Source: Candidatus Poribacteria bacterium
GTDB lineage: Bacteria; Poribacteria; WGA-4E; PCPOR2b
Direction of reading: 5' to 3'
Assembly: GCA_965208675.1 (NCBI GenBank)
Contig: OZ242351.1
Coordinates: 896,001 to 960,000, forward strand
DNA length: 64,000 nt
The position numbers were made by a program, and so were the translations under genes. Below, piece after piece: positions 17,339-28,259 of the stretch. The notes under the pieces are model-generated. The model made no database searches, was not told the DNA's origin, and worked only from the letters and a program-made list of their open reading frames with translations. Position 1 is the first letter of the stretch, and each line of letters begins with the position of its first letter.

Positions 17339-19159
17339 TTGCAATCGCTGAAGGTTTGGAGACCGCGCCAGTCGCGTAAATTGGATTCAACAGCCAATTC
17401 TAAATGGCATTTGCCGTTCCAGGCGATGGTTTCAATCAGTTCTGCTGCTTTGCTCAAGCCACCTAAACAAACCTCCAATTCACTGCACGCGTTTACCTTC
17501 ATACTCGTTTGTACGCTCTTTTGTCCTTCCTCTGCAAACACCCTCCAATCGAACGCTGCCTTCATCAATATAGCGACCGACGCTGGGATTGATTTTGAAC
17601 ACACCGACGGCAAGAGCGAATTGCGTCTCTTCAATGAATACCTCGGTGCGGGCGGCGGTTTTTTCGACTATAACAATGACGGACATCTAGACATCTATCT
17701 CGTAAACGGCGCGCTTCAGACCGATCAGCGCAAACACATCCAATCGTCCATTCCGACAAACGCCCTGTATCGAAATAACGGAGATGGTACGTTTTCTAAT
17801 GTTACAGGCTCAACTGGTGTAGGCGACACCGGCTACGGCGTTGGCGCCGCAGTCGGCGATTACGACAACGACGGAGATTTGGATTTATATGTGACAAATT
17901 TTGGTTCCAACGCCTTCTACCGCAATAATGGAGACGCGACTTTCGACGAGGTGTCATTAAACGCCGGCGTTGCAAATACACAATGGGGGACTAGCTGTGC
18001 GTTTGCCGATGTTAACAACGACGGCTACCTCGACCTATACATTTCGAACTATGCGGATTACGCCATTGAACGGGACAAGCCGTGCGTTATCAGAGGAATA
18101 TGGCAATATTGCGGTCCAGGTACGTATCCGCCTGATACAGATGTCCTTTATCATAACAACGGTGACGGCACATTCTCTGATGTGTCGAACACAAGCGGGG
18201 TTTTGAACGTGCCAGCCTATCACGGCTTAGGGGTGGTTTTCGGCGATTACGACAACGACGGAGATCAAGATGTCTATGTCGCAAATGATCAGGATGCAAA
18301 TTTCTTATTTCGGAATCGCGGGGATGGGACATTTGACGAGGTGGCGTTATCGACAGGCGTTGGGTATAGCGACATGGGTAAGGAGGAGGCGGGGATGGGA
18401 ACCGCTTTTGGCGATTACGACAATGACGGCATGCTGGATTTGACGGTAAGCAATTTTCAAAATGAAACCAATACGTTGTATCACAACCGAAGCGGAGAAT
18501 ATTTTACCGATGAGACGATAACATCCGGAATTGGCGAGGTGACGTATAGCTACCTAGGGTGGGGAATTTCTTTTTTCGACTATGACAACGACGGCTACAA
18601 GGACGTATTTGTCGCAAATGGGCACGTTTTGGATAACATCGCTGAAATCGATCGTTCCACATCGTACCCCCAGCAGAATTTGCTGTTTAGGAACCTTGGT
18701 AACGGGACATTTGCCGATGTGACAAATGAGACGGGTTCAGGGTTAGCACTCCGCAAGGTCAGCCGCGGCGCTGCATTTGGGGATTACGATAACGATGGCG
18801 ACATTGATATCCTGATTACAAATTGGAATCAATCAGCCGATCTGTTACGGAATGACGGAGGAAACCATAACAACTGGGTGCAGTTCCGAGCGGTTGGAGT
18901 AGATAGCAATCGATCGGCAATTGGGGCGCAAATCACAGTTACTTCAGGTCAATTGTCGCAATACGCAGAGGTCAACTCCAGCGGCAGTTACCTGTCCTTC
19001 AGTGATCTACGCGTTCATTTTGGACTCGGCAAGTCAGTAAAAGTAGATTTCATGGAAATCCGTTGGCCAAGCGGGCAAATTGATAGAGCGCATAATCTGC
19101 CCGTAAATCGACTGTACGTCGCAACCGAAGGGCATGGACTAACGGAATATAAAGAATGA
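17339..19159 (+). CDS. CRTAC1-family protein (FG-GAP/VCBS repeats + ASPIC/UnbV domain), start probably later
   Basis: Repeated GDYDNDGDxD and YxNNGDGTF; C-terminal SNRSAIGA, VHFGLG, IRWPSG. Confidence 0.9.
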   Translation: MQSLKVWRPRQSRKLDSTANSKWHLPFQAMVSISSAALLKPPKQTSNSLHAFTFILVCTLFCPSSANTLQSNAAFINIATDAGIDFEHTDGKSELRLFNEYLGAGGGFFDYNNDGHLDIYLVNGALQTDQRKHIQSSIPTNALYRNNGDGTFSNVTGSTGVGDTGYGVGAAVGDYDNDGDLDLYVTNFGSNAFYRNNGDATFDEVSLNAGVANTQWGTSCAFADVNNDGYLDLYISNYADYAIERDKPCVIRGIWQYCGPGTYPPDTDVLYHNNGDGTFSDVSNTSGVLNVPAYHGLGVVFGDYDNDGDQDVYVANDQDANFLFRNRGDGTFDEVALSTGVGYSDMGKEEAGMGTAFGDYDNDGMLDLTVSNFQNETNTLYHNRSGEYFTDETITSGIGEVTYSYLGWGISFFDYDNDGYKDVFVANGHVLDNIAEIDRSTSYPQQNLLFRNLGNGTFADVTNETGSGLALRKVSRGAAFGDYDNDGDIDILITNWNQSADLLRNDGGNHNNWVQFRAVGVDSNRSAIGAQITVTSGQLSQYAEVNSSGSYLSFSDLRVHFGLGKSVKVDFMEIRWPSGQIDRAHNLPVNRLYVATEGHGLTEYKE

Positions 19160-19205
19160 ACCTTGCATATTTCTTGTGGTTGGGAAATTCACCGTTGAAA
19201 TTCGG

Positions 19206-20081
19206 TTATCTCGGCCAGCGGTAAGGTTGAGCTCCCTGTGAAAACTTGAGTGCAAATTCCCACCTTTGGCACCACGTCGTGTAATCGGTCTGTAGCGCAT
19301 TCGGCCGTGACTGGCTGCGCATCAAGAATGCGGGATAGTAGGGGCGCCCCGTCGGTTGATAAGCATCGTGGTAGCGTAAGTCAAAACTCCATCGCACTGT
19401 GTCAGTTTTATTTAATAGCGAGTGGTGCATCGTGTAGTTGTGGAATAGAAGTATGCCGCCAGCCCTCACCGGAAGCGGCATTGGTTCTATAAGAGGGCGT
19501 TCTTCGAGCGGTATGTCCAGCCCATGGGGCGAAAAAACGTGCTTCCGAAGCCCTTGTTTATGGCTACCGGGTACCACTTCAAGACACCCATTATCCAAGG
19601 TCACATCTACGATGGGTATCCAAATTGTGAGGATAAAAAACGGGTCGGTTTCAGGCCAACAAACACCAGCGTCCTGATGCCAGGGAGTCGGCCCTTTAGG
19701 GATTTTACCGTGCGGTAGTGTAGCTCGGATGTGTTGTATGGGGTTGCACAGAATCTCCGACCCAACGAAGGATTCCGCCAGATCCAAAATTTTGGGGTTT
19801 TTTAAGAAGTTGAAGGACGCCTCGCCGCGTGCTTGCATGATGTCCAAATTGTCAGCAATCTCTGGAGCTTCTTCAGCTAAGCAAACTAGTCGGCGCGTAA
19901 ATGGTTCATTTTCGTGCAGCGAGCTAACTCGTCCTTGTGCATAATACCGCCGCGCACGTTCGTCAATGATAGCGGAATACTCGTCAATGACCGGTTGCAG
20001 TTCGTCCGCGTCCAGCCAATCCTCTAGCAATAGATATCCGTTTTCATAGAAAGACGAGACTTGCGATTCCGTTACATGCAT
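19206..20081 (-). CDS. Phytanoyl-CoA dioxygenase family (Fe/2OG)
   Basis: FYENGYL, TPWHQD, NGCLEVVPGSHK, HHS...RWSFDLRY. Confidence 0.9.
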   Translation of the reverse strand: MHVTESQVSSFYENGYLLLEDWLDADELQPVIDEYSAIIDERARRYYAQGRVSSLHENEPFTRRLVCLAEEAPEIADNLDIMQARGEASFNFLKNPKILDLAESFVGSEILCNPIQHIRATLPHGKIPKGPTPWHQDAGVCWPETDPFFILTIWIPIVDVTLDNGCLEVVPGSHKQGLRKHVFSPHGLDIPLEERPLIEPMPLPVRAGGILLFHNYTMHHSLLNKTDTVRWSFDLRYHDAYQPTGRPYYPAFLMRSQSRPNALQTDYTTWCQRWEFALKFSQGAQPYRWPR

Positions 20082-20296
20082 GATAATCGTGTCCTAACGT
20101 AACAACTTAAAGTCCGCGCGCCTTAATCTTCAGCAGTCACCTTCAACTGATTGCGTGCGAGTTGCCGGAAATACCGTTCAAGACAAACTCAACCTCGGGC
20201 ATCGCCGCAATGAAAGTAACCGCGGAACGCGGTTCGCTGCTGTTGCTCGATTGAAAGAATCAGTATCAGATTGCCGCTGATTAATCGGGTTCTACA

Positions 20297-21094
20297 CTAA
20301 TCCCATTGAATTACACCTTGATTCCCCTTCAATGTGACGGTCGGCGTCATCAAAACCTCGCCTTCCTTTATATCAGGCATCCCAATCGGATCTAAAGCAT
20401 GGGCAATTCTGCGGGAGAGGTGTTTCCCCAAATCTGCCTCCATCTCACTATCGGTCTTAAATGTAACCTGTCGCCGCTGCTCTGTTTGATAGGCATACCA
20501 ATATTTTATATAGCCTCTGATTGAATCATTGAATATCAGTTGTCCGGAATTCGTATCAATCACCTTTATCCAAGCGCGCATGTAGGCACTCAGCCGTGTG
20601 CGAACAAAGGTTGCAGATCCTGATATCCCTGCTTGCCTCCCTAGCCGCTGGAGCAGCGTGTTATAATCTTTTCTAGCAAAGGTCGGCTCATCCAGTTTTC
20701 CAACCACAATCAGATTTGCGTTTAATTCTCTCCCTACTTTTGCGGCTAAGGCAGAGTCCTCAAACATGTGGTTCAGCGTTACGCCCATCTCTTCGAGCTT
20801 CGATGCAACCGGGTTTACACTCTTCGACTGATCATAAACGAACTGTATATCTTTGTCTGCATTCTTGAACTTCAGATCGAAGTTTTCTGCCACCCGAATC
20901 GGAACCCATCTCCCAAGTTTTTCAGCCATCTCCGCGATAAACGGAGCAATCGCAACTCCTTGCGCCTGTTCAATTGGAGGAGGAGTGGTGATTTTTTCAC
21001 CTTCGATCGCTTTAGTGCAGCCAGTAACTATAAGAAGTCCCGCCAAAATCAGAAAAACTTGAAACGGAACAGAAACCATCAACGCTCTCTTCAT
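20297..21094 (-). CDS. Hypothetical lipoprotein (possibly CsgG/TolB-N-like fold)
   Basis: Lipobox VTGC; AAKVGRELNANLIVVG and IKVIDTNSGQLIF patterns. Confidence 0.65.
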   Translation of the reverse strand: MKRALMVSVPFQVFLILAGLLIVTGCTKAIEGEKITTPPPIEQAQGVAIAPFIAEMAEKLGRWVPIRVAENFDLKFKNADKDIQFVYDQSKSVNPVASKLEEMGVTLNHMFEDSALAAKVGRELNANLIVVGKLDEPTFARKDYNTLLQRLGRQAGISGSATFVRTRLSAYMRAWIKVIDTNSGQLIFNDSIRGYIKYWYAYQTEQRRQVTFKTDSEMEADLGKHLSRRIAHALDPIGMPDIKEGEVLMTPTVTLKGNQGVIQWD

Positions 21095-21158
21095 GATTCA
21101 GTTTCACTCCTTACCTTGAATGAATAAAATGCGAACTCGCTTTTTTGGAAACGCACAG

Positions 21159-21187
21159 ATTATAGCACAGTTAGATTCCTATGTCAA
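21159..21187 (-). promoter_or_regulatory. Perfect-consensus sigma70 promoter for the lipoprotein gene
   Basis: Minus strand TTGACA-17 bp-TATAAT with TG extended -10, 64 bp upstream of the start. Confidence 0.8.
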
Positions 21188-22222
21188 TCATCTCCATGAA
21201 AACTTGACAAAAATGTAAGGCAGGTACTGAATGCAATCCATTTCATATGGAATGCCAGAAAGAGTCGTACAAACAAAGACTTTAGAACAGTTGTCAAAAT
21301 ACTTTTGCCAAATTGCGGTAACGCATTTTTGTCTACTGTACCCATATGTTTACAACGTCCGCACGCCTGATTTATTCAGGGTTCTCGCGACCTTCGCCCG
21401 AATCTTACCGTAATTCTGTCAAAAAAATGTTACACCCGTCTCCATACTCCGTCAGTACGCTATCCACTAGACCAAATAATTTCAAACTGCCCGGATGCCA
21501 TGGTACATGCGGATTTTCGACTCCAAACCGAGTCTAAATTGAAGTGGATTGTTGGATTTGGCATATATTTTGCGAATTAAAACCTATATTTTAAGTAATG
21601 GATTAAGCCCAATAGTATTGTTCTGTTTACTGATTCTGAAGCGGTTGAAACAGTATCATCTTGGAGAAAATTTAACGATTTAACGTTCGATACTACATGG
21701 GCTTCACTAAAAAAGGGTTGACTCAACGGAGGTGACGACGTGAGCGCTAAACGCAAGACACAAAGATATTTTCGCAAGATAATTAAGCGGTACCTAAAGC
21801 GGCAAAATCCTAGGATGCAGGTAATATACCGAAAGACAACCGAAAACTACTAATCGCCGCGAGAGATTTCAAGTAAAGATTTAAAATAGCGTATGCGGAT
21901 AGCTAGAGCATCTTCAGATGGTTATAAAGGCTGACTTCAACTGTTCAAATTTGCCGCACTTCTCTCTTTCAGCAAGCATAAACTCCAAATCAACCTACAA
22001 GATAAAACGCAATGGACTCGATACTGAAATGAGTGGCGAAGATGGAGCTATAAAGGTTCGCAGTAGCGCAATATGTTGTACGTTTTTGCGCCAATTATCA
22101 TACTAGGCGTCGTACAAGCAGGTTAAGAATGAATTGACGTGCAATCGATTGCGTTAATACAAAATGAACTGCGTAACCGCATGCATGCTTCAACCGCGAA
22201 AACATGTTGCGTCAATCACATT

Positions 22223-23014
22223 TTACTTACGGCTAAAGCCCATAATTCCTATGATACCGAGCAATGCTAGATTTGGGAATAGCAGCGGCGCAAGTATCGG
22301 TGCACCGTGGAGAAAGCTCTCTCTTAAGCTTTCCGCGGGCGCAGCGAGATTCGCCGACAGGTGCAGATAGAAGCCGACAACGCCCGTCAGACCGTTCAAC
22401 GCCAAGATTAAAACGCAGAACGCAAGAAACGATGCATTGCGCGGCTGCACGATTGCAGTCATCAAAAAACTGACAGCCATGGCGCTTGCATACACAGGAA
22501 TCCACTCGCGCCAATCGAAAAATCCGTTCTGGGCGTGGTCGCAAATTGACAAGATGAAGTTGCCAAGAAATCCGGCGCACGCCATGACCAGCACCCATCT
22601 ACCCCATTCCAGCGACTCTTCGTGGACTGTATGGTGCATGATTAACAGCAAACCAATGCCGGCAAAAGAGAGCGGTGCGATGAATGGCGCAGTGTACACC
22701 AGACTCCGAATGGTAAAATTGGCGAAGAATTGGCTATCAAGATGATACAGCATACCGACGACGCCGACCACAATGGAAACCGAACCAACCCCAACGCCCG
22801 TAAACTGGTTCGCCCACGTTCCTCCGAAGATGCGAGCAACCAATAATAACGGCACCGCGGCAATCGAAACAACGAACGGTATCCATTCCGCGCTATGTGC
22901 AAAGGCATTTATCGAGTGTGCAATGTAAACGTCTACAGCCAAAAAAGCTAAGTTAATGACGATGAAACACTCCAAAAACATTGGACACTTATCCAGCAAC
23001 TTACGGTTTTGCAT
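22223..23014 (-). CDS. Polytopic membrane protein with internal duplication, partner of the octaheme cytochrome
   Basis: About 8 TM helices; two halves each with H..N.F....EWIP and HL...AP..APL.F; start overlaps the end of the cytochrome gene. Confidence 0.75.
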   Translation of the reverse strand: MQNRKLLDKCPMFLECFIVINLAFLAVDVYIAHSINAFAHSAEWIPFVVSIAAVPLLLVARIFGGTWANQFTGVGVGSVSIVVGVVGMLYHLDSQFFANFTIRSLVYTAPFIAPLSFAGIGLLLIMHHTVHEESLEWGRWVLVMACAGFLGNFILSICDHAQNGFFDWREWIPVYASAMAVSFLMTAIVQPRNASFLAFCVLILALNGLTGVVGFYLHLSANLAAPAESLRESFLHGAPILAPLLFPNLALLGIIGIMGFSRK

Positions 23015-24236
23015 GGCGTTCTCGGAGTTCCGCCGCAATGTGCTCCATCTCTGTGGCCTTCAGGAGCAGTTCATAATTCCCATGCCACTGCACGAAATCT
23101 GCGCCACCCATAAATGCGCCGTGTTTAGCGGTCCGTCCATAATAATGCCACAGGTCGAAATAGATAAATTCTATCGGCTCATCGAAAGGATCGGGCGTAA
23201 GCAAACCCTCCTGCCGAAGTTCAGTCATTAACGCATTCGCCTCGGAAATCTTTGCATTGGTGGCTTGAACAACCCCTTCAGCTTCTTGATAGATTTTCTC
23301 GACGTGTGTTTGGGCGTGACATTTGAGGCAAGTCTCTTTCATCGCGCTCTGCGCCTGATGATAGGTTGGCCGCTGCTTTGACACCGGCGCGAATAACCAA
23401 TATGATAACCGCTCTGACGTGTCGTGCGTAACCTTCAAGCCTTCCAATCCGCTAAGGTGGCAGGTCGAACATGTGGGTACGGACATATCAGCGGTGGATA
23501 GATGTTTTGGATCAGCGCCGAGATTCATCTCGCGTTTCTGTGCGTTGTAAAGTACGCCGTGTTTCGACTCATGGAAAATCTCGATTTGCGAGTGATCCGG
23601 ACCCATGTGGCATTGTCCGCAGGTTTCGGGTTGCCGTGCGAGCGCGACTGATGTAGAGTGCCGCGCGTGGCAATGCGTGCAGGTACCGATTGATCCGTCC
23701 GAGTTCGGCTTGCCGATGTCGTGACAGCCTAAACATCCGATATCAATAGCGCTTTGCCCTTCTCTCTGCGCGAGTTGATTGGCAACACGATTGACCGCCC
23801 CTTCATGGTAAGTTTCCGCAAATTCAATCTGTTCAACCGTGAAATCCTGCTTGCCTCGGACGGCTGCCCAAGCCGGCGCGCCGTGGCGGCTCTTGATAAA
23901 CTGCTGGTACTCAGTCGTATGGCACTGGCTACAGTTTTTCGCCGTAAGTTCCCCGGCGATGGTGAATCCGTTATGCGCCTGATGTTCTTGCCCCTCTATA
24001 GCTTGGTGACAATCGAGGCAGGTCACGCCGCTGTTTGCATGTCGGCTTCTTTCAAATTGATGTACGACCGCTGAGGTCTCTCTTCGATGGCATGTTGCAC
24101 ACTTGCCCGTCGCTCGCACAAACTCGGCTTTCGGCTGCTCCGTCTCGTGAGCCGGGCGTCTTGCATTGAAAAGAACCGCGCCCACGATGAAGGCTGCGCC
24201 CACAACCACGCTGATGAAAATTGCTCTGAACGTCAT
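23001..24236 (-). CDS. Octaheme c-type cytochrome, hydroxylamine oxidoreductase (HAO)-like family
   Basis: Eight CxxCH motifs (CATCH, CLDCH, CSQCH, CLGCH, CTHCH, CGQCH, CSTCH, CLKCH); CHMGPDH..IEI..ESKHG; N-terminal TM anchor. Confidence 0.88.
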   Translation of the reverse strand: MTFRAIFISVVVGAAFIVGAVLFNARRPAHETEQPKAEFVRATGKCATCHRRETSAVVHQFERSRHANSGVTCLDCHQAIEGQEHQAHNGFTIAGELTAKNCSQCHTTEYQQFIKSRHGAPAWAAVRGKQDFTVEQIEFAETYHEGAVNRVANQLAQREGQSAIDIGCLGCHDIGKPNSDGSIGTCTHCHARHSTSVALARQPETCGQCHMGPDHSQIEIFHESKHGVLYNAQKREMNLGADPKHLSTADMSVPTCSTCHLSGLEGLKVTHDTSERLSYWLFAPVSKQRPTYHQAQSAMKETCLKCHAQTHVEKIYQEAEGVVQATNAKISEANALMTELRQEGLLTPDPFDEPIEFIYFDLWHYYGRTAKHGAFMGGADFVQWHGNYELLLKATEMEHIAAELRERHAKP

Positions 24237-24475
24237 TTGTGCTCTCTGATTATTTTCTGCCTATTCCCCGGAATTCCCATATGTGAAAGGTACCTGTACA
24301 TGCTACCGAAACCGATATTGGCCAATCCAACATCGGAATCTGAAGCAAACTGCGCTTCCACCTATGTGGGGTGATAAGGTTAGATTTAGAAACTATTGCA
24401 TGGTGCTGCAAGTAATTTACGCAAATTATACGACAAGAAGTCACGTAAGATCAAGTTGGCTTCCACGAGTTTTGA

Positions 24476-24504
24476 TTGCGCAACACATTTGATCGCATTA
24501 TAAT
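24476..24504 (+). promoter_or_regulatory. Putative sigma70 promoter
   Basis: TTGCGC-17 bp-TATAAT upstream of the dehydrogenase gene. Confidence 0.5.
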
Positions 24505-24630
24505 ACCCTATCTGTAATTTTCACTGAACGATAAATTCTATAAGTGCCTATCCGCCAAAAACGCCGCCTGTTCTATACGAAAACCGCAGTTAATCCCTCA
24601 ATCCCGTAAATTACCAGTAATTAGGAGATC

Positions 24631-25410
24631 ATGGTTAGCGAAGAGGTTACAAACGGCTCGCGAGTCGCAATCGTTACAGGGGCAGCTAGTGGAATTGGAC
24701 GCGCTATTGCCGAAGCGTTCGCACTTGACGGCATCCAAGTAATCGTAGCCGATATTAACAGAGAACGGGGACAGGCTGTCGCTGACGCGGCGGGCGGCGA
24801 TTTAGTAGCTGTGGATCTCGCCGCAAAAGAGGACTGCCGCCGTTTGGTGCACGAAACACTGGCACTCCATGGCAGAATTGACATTTTGGTCAATAACGCA
24901 GGGATGCAGCATGTTGATTCTATTGAGATGTTTCCCGAGGAGATTTGGGATAGGATGCTGGCGGTGATGCTGACCGCTCCGTTTTTACTCACCAAGTATG
25001 TTTGGCGAACGATGACAGCGTCCGGTTGGGGGCGCATTGTGAATATCGGCTCGATTCACAGCCGTGTCGCATCGCCCTTTAAGAGCGCCTACGTGACAGC
25101 CAAGCACGGCCTCATCGGTCTCACGCGCACAGCCGCACTGGAAGGCGGTGCGCACGGCATTACCGTTAACGCAATTTGTCCCGCTTATGTGGATTCCGCC
25201 CTTACGGAAGACCAAATCGCCGATCAGGCACGTACGCGTGCACTCTCTCCCCAAGAAGACGTTGAGCAAGTTATGTTGGAACCTGCTGCAATCAAACGGC
25301 TCATTGCACCTGAAGAGGTGGCGTCGCTAGTCGCCTACTTGTGTTCGGACGCCGCTAGCGCCGTCACTGGGTCGGACTGGACGATTGATTTAGGCTGGAC
25401 GGCGCGCTAA
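24631..25410 (+). CDS. bdhA: 3-hydroxybutyrate dehydrogenase (SDR)
   Basis: [41 protein letters not shown]. Confidence 0.85.
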   Translation: MVSEEVTNGSRVAIVTGAASGIGRAIAEAFALDGIQVIVADINRERGQAVADAAGGDLVAVDLAAKEDCRRLVHETLALHGRIDILVNNAGMQHVDSIEMFPEEIWDRMLAVMLTAPFLLTKYVWRTMTASGWGRIVNIGSIHSRVASPFKSAYVTAKHGLIGLTRTAALEGGAHGITVNAICPAYVDSALTEDQIADQARTRALSPQEDVEQVMLEPAAIKRLIAPEEVASLVAYLCSDAASAVTGSDWTIDLGWTAR

Positions 25411-25527
25411 CCGAGAAAAACCGTAAACCTGATGAGTCAACACGAGCTGAAGAAGCGAATTTAGGCCTTGTACATTCAACTCAATGCATGGATTCGCAAC
25501 GTCTTTCTTTCGCGTGGAGGAGGTAAT

Positions 25528-26658
25528 TTGCCTAAAGACATTTACGATGCGATTATCATCGGCGCTGGAGGTATGGGGAGTGCAACAGCATATCACCTTG
25601 CCAGCTCTGGCGCCAAAACGCTGGTATTGGAACAATTTTCCCGCGGACATGCACTCGGCAGTTCGCACGGAGATAGCCGGATTATCCGTCTTGCCTACGA
25701 GAAAAAGTTCTATGTGGAGTTGATGAAATCTGCATACACCGAATGGCGTAAGTTGGAGTCGGCGTCGGGGAAGAAACTGCTATACGACACCGGTGGTATT
25801 ACAATTGCTCCTAAAGAGCACGATTATATCATTGGTTTGCGTAACAGCTTAGAAGCGGCGGGCGTTGAATCGGAATGGTGGGACAGCAGGCAGGTTTCCC
25901 GGCGTTTTCCTCAATTTGAGATTAATGGCAACGTGTGCGTGCTGTGGCAAGAAGATACCGGTTTCCTCTACGCATCCGAGTGCGTTTCAACGCATTTGCA
26001 GCTGGCTGAAAGTCACGCCGCTGAGATTCGAGAAAACACCTGTGTCAGCAAAATCGACTGGCAGCGCAGTGTTCCTCAAGTAATTGCTAATGGTGAATCT
26101 TTCAAGGGAAGAAACGTGATTGTAACCGCCGGACCTTGGGCAGCTTCCATTCTCAGCACACTTGAACTCCCCTTGACAGTAACCCGTCAGCAGGTCGTTT
26201 ATTTCCGTCCCACAGACGTAAACCTATTCCATCCGGTAAAATTCCCTGTCTTCATCGAAATATCACAAGGCGAGTTCATCTACGGGATACCTGCCTTCAA
26301 ATTTGCCGGCATAAAGGCTGCCCGGCACGGGTTGGGGGAAACGGTATCACCGGACATATGCGACCGCAACCCTAGCGCCGATTATATAGAGCATTTGCGC
26401 GCTTATCTAAAGGCACGCATTCCCGACGCCGCCGGCGAGTTGCTTCACGCAGAAGTTTGCTTGTACACGGAGACTCCCGATGGCGACTTTATAATCGACG
26501 CCCATCCTGACTGTCCGCAACTCATCTTTGCGGCGGGGTTTTCAGGTCATGGGTTCAAGTTCTGTAGTCTTGTGGGGCGGATTCTTGCGCAATTAACCTC
26601 TTCCGGTAAAACGAACCTCGACGTTCGGCCATTCAGTGTGGCGCGATTCGCGCCGTGA
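25528..26658 (+). CDS. solA: Monomeric sarcosine oxidase / N-methyl-L-tryptophan oxidase family
   Basis: GAGGMG, GSSHGDSRIIR, CLYTETPD, GFSGHGFKF; GGAGG RBS before TTG 25528. Confidence 0.88.
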   Translation: MPKDIYDAIIIGAGGMGSATAYHLASSGAKTLVLEQFSRGHALGSSHGDSRIIRLAYEKKFYVELMKSAYTEWRKLESASGKKLLYDTGGITIAPKEHDYIIGLRNSLEAAGVESEWWDSRQVSRRFPQFEINGNVCVLWQEDTGFLYASECVSTHLQLAESHAAEIRENTCVSKIDWQRSVPQVIANGESFKGRNVIVTAGPWAASILSTLELPLTVTRQQVVYFRPTDVNLFHPVKFPVFIEISQGEFIYGIPAFKFAGIKAARHGLGETVSPDICDRNPSADYIEHLRAYLKARIPDAAGELLHAEVCLYTETPDGDFIIDAHPDCPQLIFAAGFSGHGFKFCSLVGRILAQLTSSGKTNLDVRPFSVARFAP

Positions 26659-26755
26659 GGGCAAACTCCAAAATTGACTCAGTAAAACTTCTCAGAGCAT
26701 ACGTCCGCTCCTAAATTAATCTCGTCGGAGTTGGGAGCCAACCACATCAGAACCC

Positions 26756-27325
26756 ATGAACACGCAATCACATGTGATTATCAATGCCGCACTGCTGAAT
26801 CGGAAGGATAAGCCGCATCTGCAGCGCTACTTGCTTTTGGGTGCATTGATACCAGACCTGCCGATGTTTGTCTTTTTCGTTGTCGAAGCATTCATGTTTG
26901 GACATCCTCAACAACAGATTTGGTCAGAACGCTATTTTCTCCCGCAATGGCAAAACTTCATTGACATTTTCAACGCCGTGCCGCTCATACTGATTGTTCT
27001 CGGAATTGGTTACCGCCTCAAATCCGAGGCGCTTATATTCTGCTGCTTGAGCATGCTGTTACATTGCGCCGCGGATTTTTTCCTGCATCACGACGACGCC
27101 CATCGGCATTTTTTCCCATTACTCCAATTCAGATTCAGCAGCCCAATCTCATACTGGGATACAGCCCGTTACGGACGCGTTGTTTCGCTCGTTGAAATCG
27201 TGATAACAATCTTGGCTTCCATCCACCTTTTTCCTCGACTACGTTCCCGCATCACGCGAGGCGTTTTGATTGCCGTGAATTCCCTCTCCGTCCTCCTCTA
27301 CATCGTTTTTGCAGTCGTGTATTAA
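26756..27325 (+). CDS. Membrane metal-dependent hydrolase-like protein (YdjM-like)
   Basis: MNTxSH, GALIPDLP, LHxxxDFFLHHDD, SPISYWD motifs. Confidence 0.7.
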   Translation: MNTQSHVIINAALLNRKDKPHLQRYLLLGALIPDLPMFVFFVVEAFMFGHPQQQIWSERYFLPQWQNFIDIFNAVPLILIVLGIGYRLKSEALIFCCLSMLLHCAADFFLHHDDAHRHFFPLLQFRFSSPISYWDTARYGRVVSLVEIVITILASIHLFPRLRSRITRGVLIAVNSLSVLLYIVFAVVY

Positions 27326-27361
27326 CTGACCTGTGGCGTCCATTTGGCAGTGAGCCGATGG

Positions 27362-28243
27362 CTACACATGTAGTCGATTAATCAAGGCAAGCAGGTTTCG
27401 CATGCAGTGTCGCGACGCTTCTTCTCCAGCTTGGGAGAATTCGGCGCCACCCGGGCGATTAAGCTGGTCGTCGTCGATTCTCAGACTTGGGCGCCAATGC
27501 GTTTCCAAACAGAGGTGTCCACGATACCCGTCATCAACAAAAGCCTGAAGTTGCCCGTGCCAATCAACCGTGCCTTCACCGACAGGGACACATTCAATTT
27601 TACCGGTCACAGGGTTTTTTAGCGCGTCCTTCAAGTGAGCATGAACCATTAGTGTTTTGAGGCGGTGATAGGCGTTAGGGTAAGGTATTTCTCCATCCTT
27701 ATCCGCATGGGCTTCATTTGCTGGGTCCCAGATGGCGCGGACGATTGGCGAATTGATTTCGCGCACAAATCGTTCCGTTAGCTTGGCCGTCGCGAGTGAA
27801 GTAGAATGTTCGTTTTCCATACCCAAGATTACCCCTGCACTTTCGGCAATCTGCACCGGTTCATAATAGGCGGCGACAATTTCAGGCCAACGCTCCTCCG
27901 TGTTATCCGTTTTCCAGAATGCGAAGGTGCGAACCAGATTGGTGTCAAGTGCCTTCGCTAGCTTGATACACCGCTTCAGTATATTCAGATGCTCCCTACG
28001 TTCATTTTTATTGTCAATGTCACATTTCAAGAACGGCGAAGCGATTCCGACAATCTTGAGGTTTGTCCCTTTCAAAATCCGTTTCATTTCACCGATGTCG
28101 GTCTCGGACAAATCCTGCGGCGGCTTTCCCCACACGGTCCTAATCTCAATGGAATCGAGTTTGAACGACGTTGCAAAATCTACAACCGTTTGAAAGTCCT
28201 GAGACACCTCGTCACTGATAACGCCAATTTTGAACATCTGCAT
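27362..28243 (-). CDS. Sugar-phosphate isomerase/epimerase (xylose-isomerase-like TIM barrel)
   Basis: ISDEV, MENE, WDPAN, HAHLKD, GEGTVDW, LETH. Confidence 0.88.
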   Translation of the reverse strand: MQMFKIGVISDEVSQDFQTVVDFATSFKLDSIEIRTVWGKPPQDLSETDIGEMKRILKGTNLKIVGIASPFLKCDIDNKNERREHLNILKRCIKLAKALDTNLVRTFAFWKTDNTEERWPEIVAAYYEPVQIAESAGVILGMENEHSTSLATAKLTERFVREINSPIVRAIWDPANEAHADKDGEIPYPNAYHRLKTLMVHAHLKDALKNPVTGKIECVPVGEGTVDWHGQLQAFVDDGYRGHLCLETHWRPSLRIDDDQLNRPGGAEFSQAGEEASRHCMRNLLALINRLHV

Positions 28244-28259
28244 CTACTCCAAGAGTAAG

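Noticed and set aside
21190-22220. Gene or ncRNA in the ~1-kb AT-rich gap
   Set aside because: Only short ORFs without motifs; TTGACA at 21204 has no well-spaced -10; no clear structure seen
23001-24236. Evidence for nitrification or anammox
   Set aside because: Short protein, cross-link Tyr apparently absent, no amo, cycAB or hzs context
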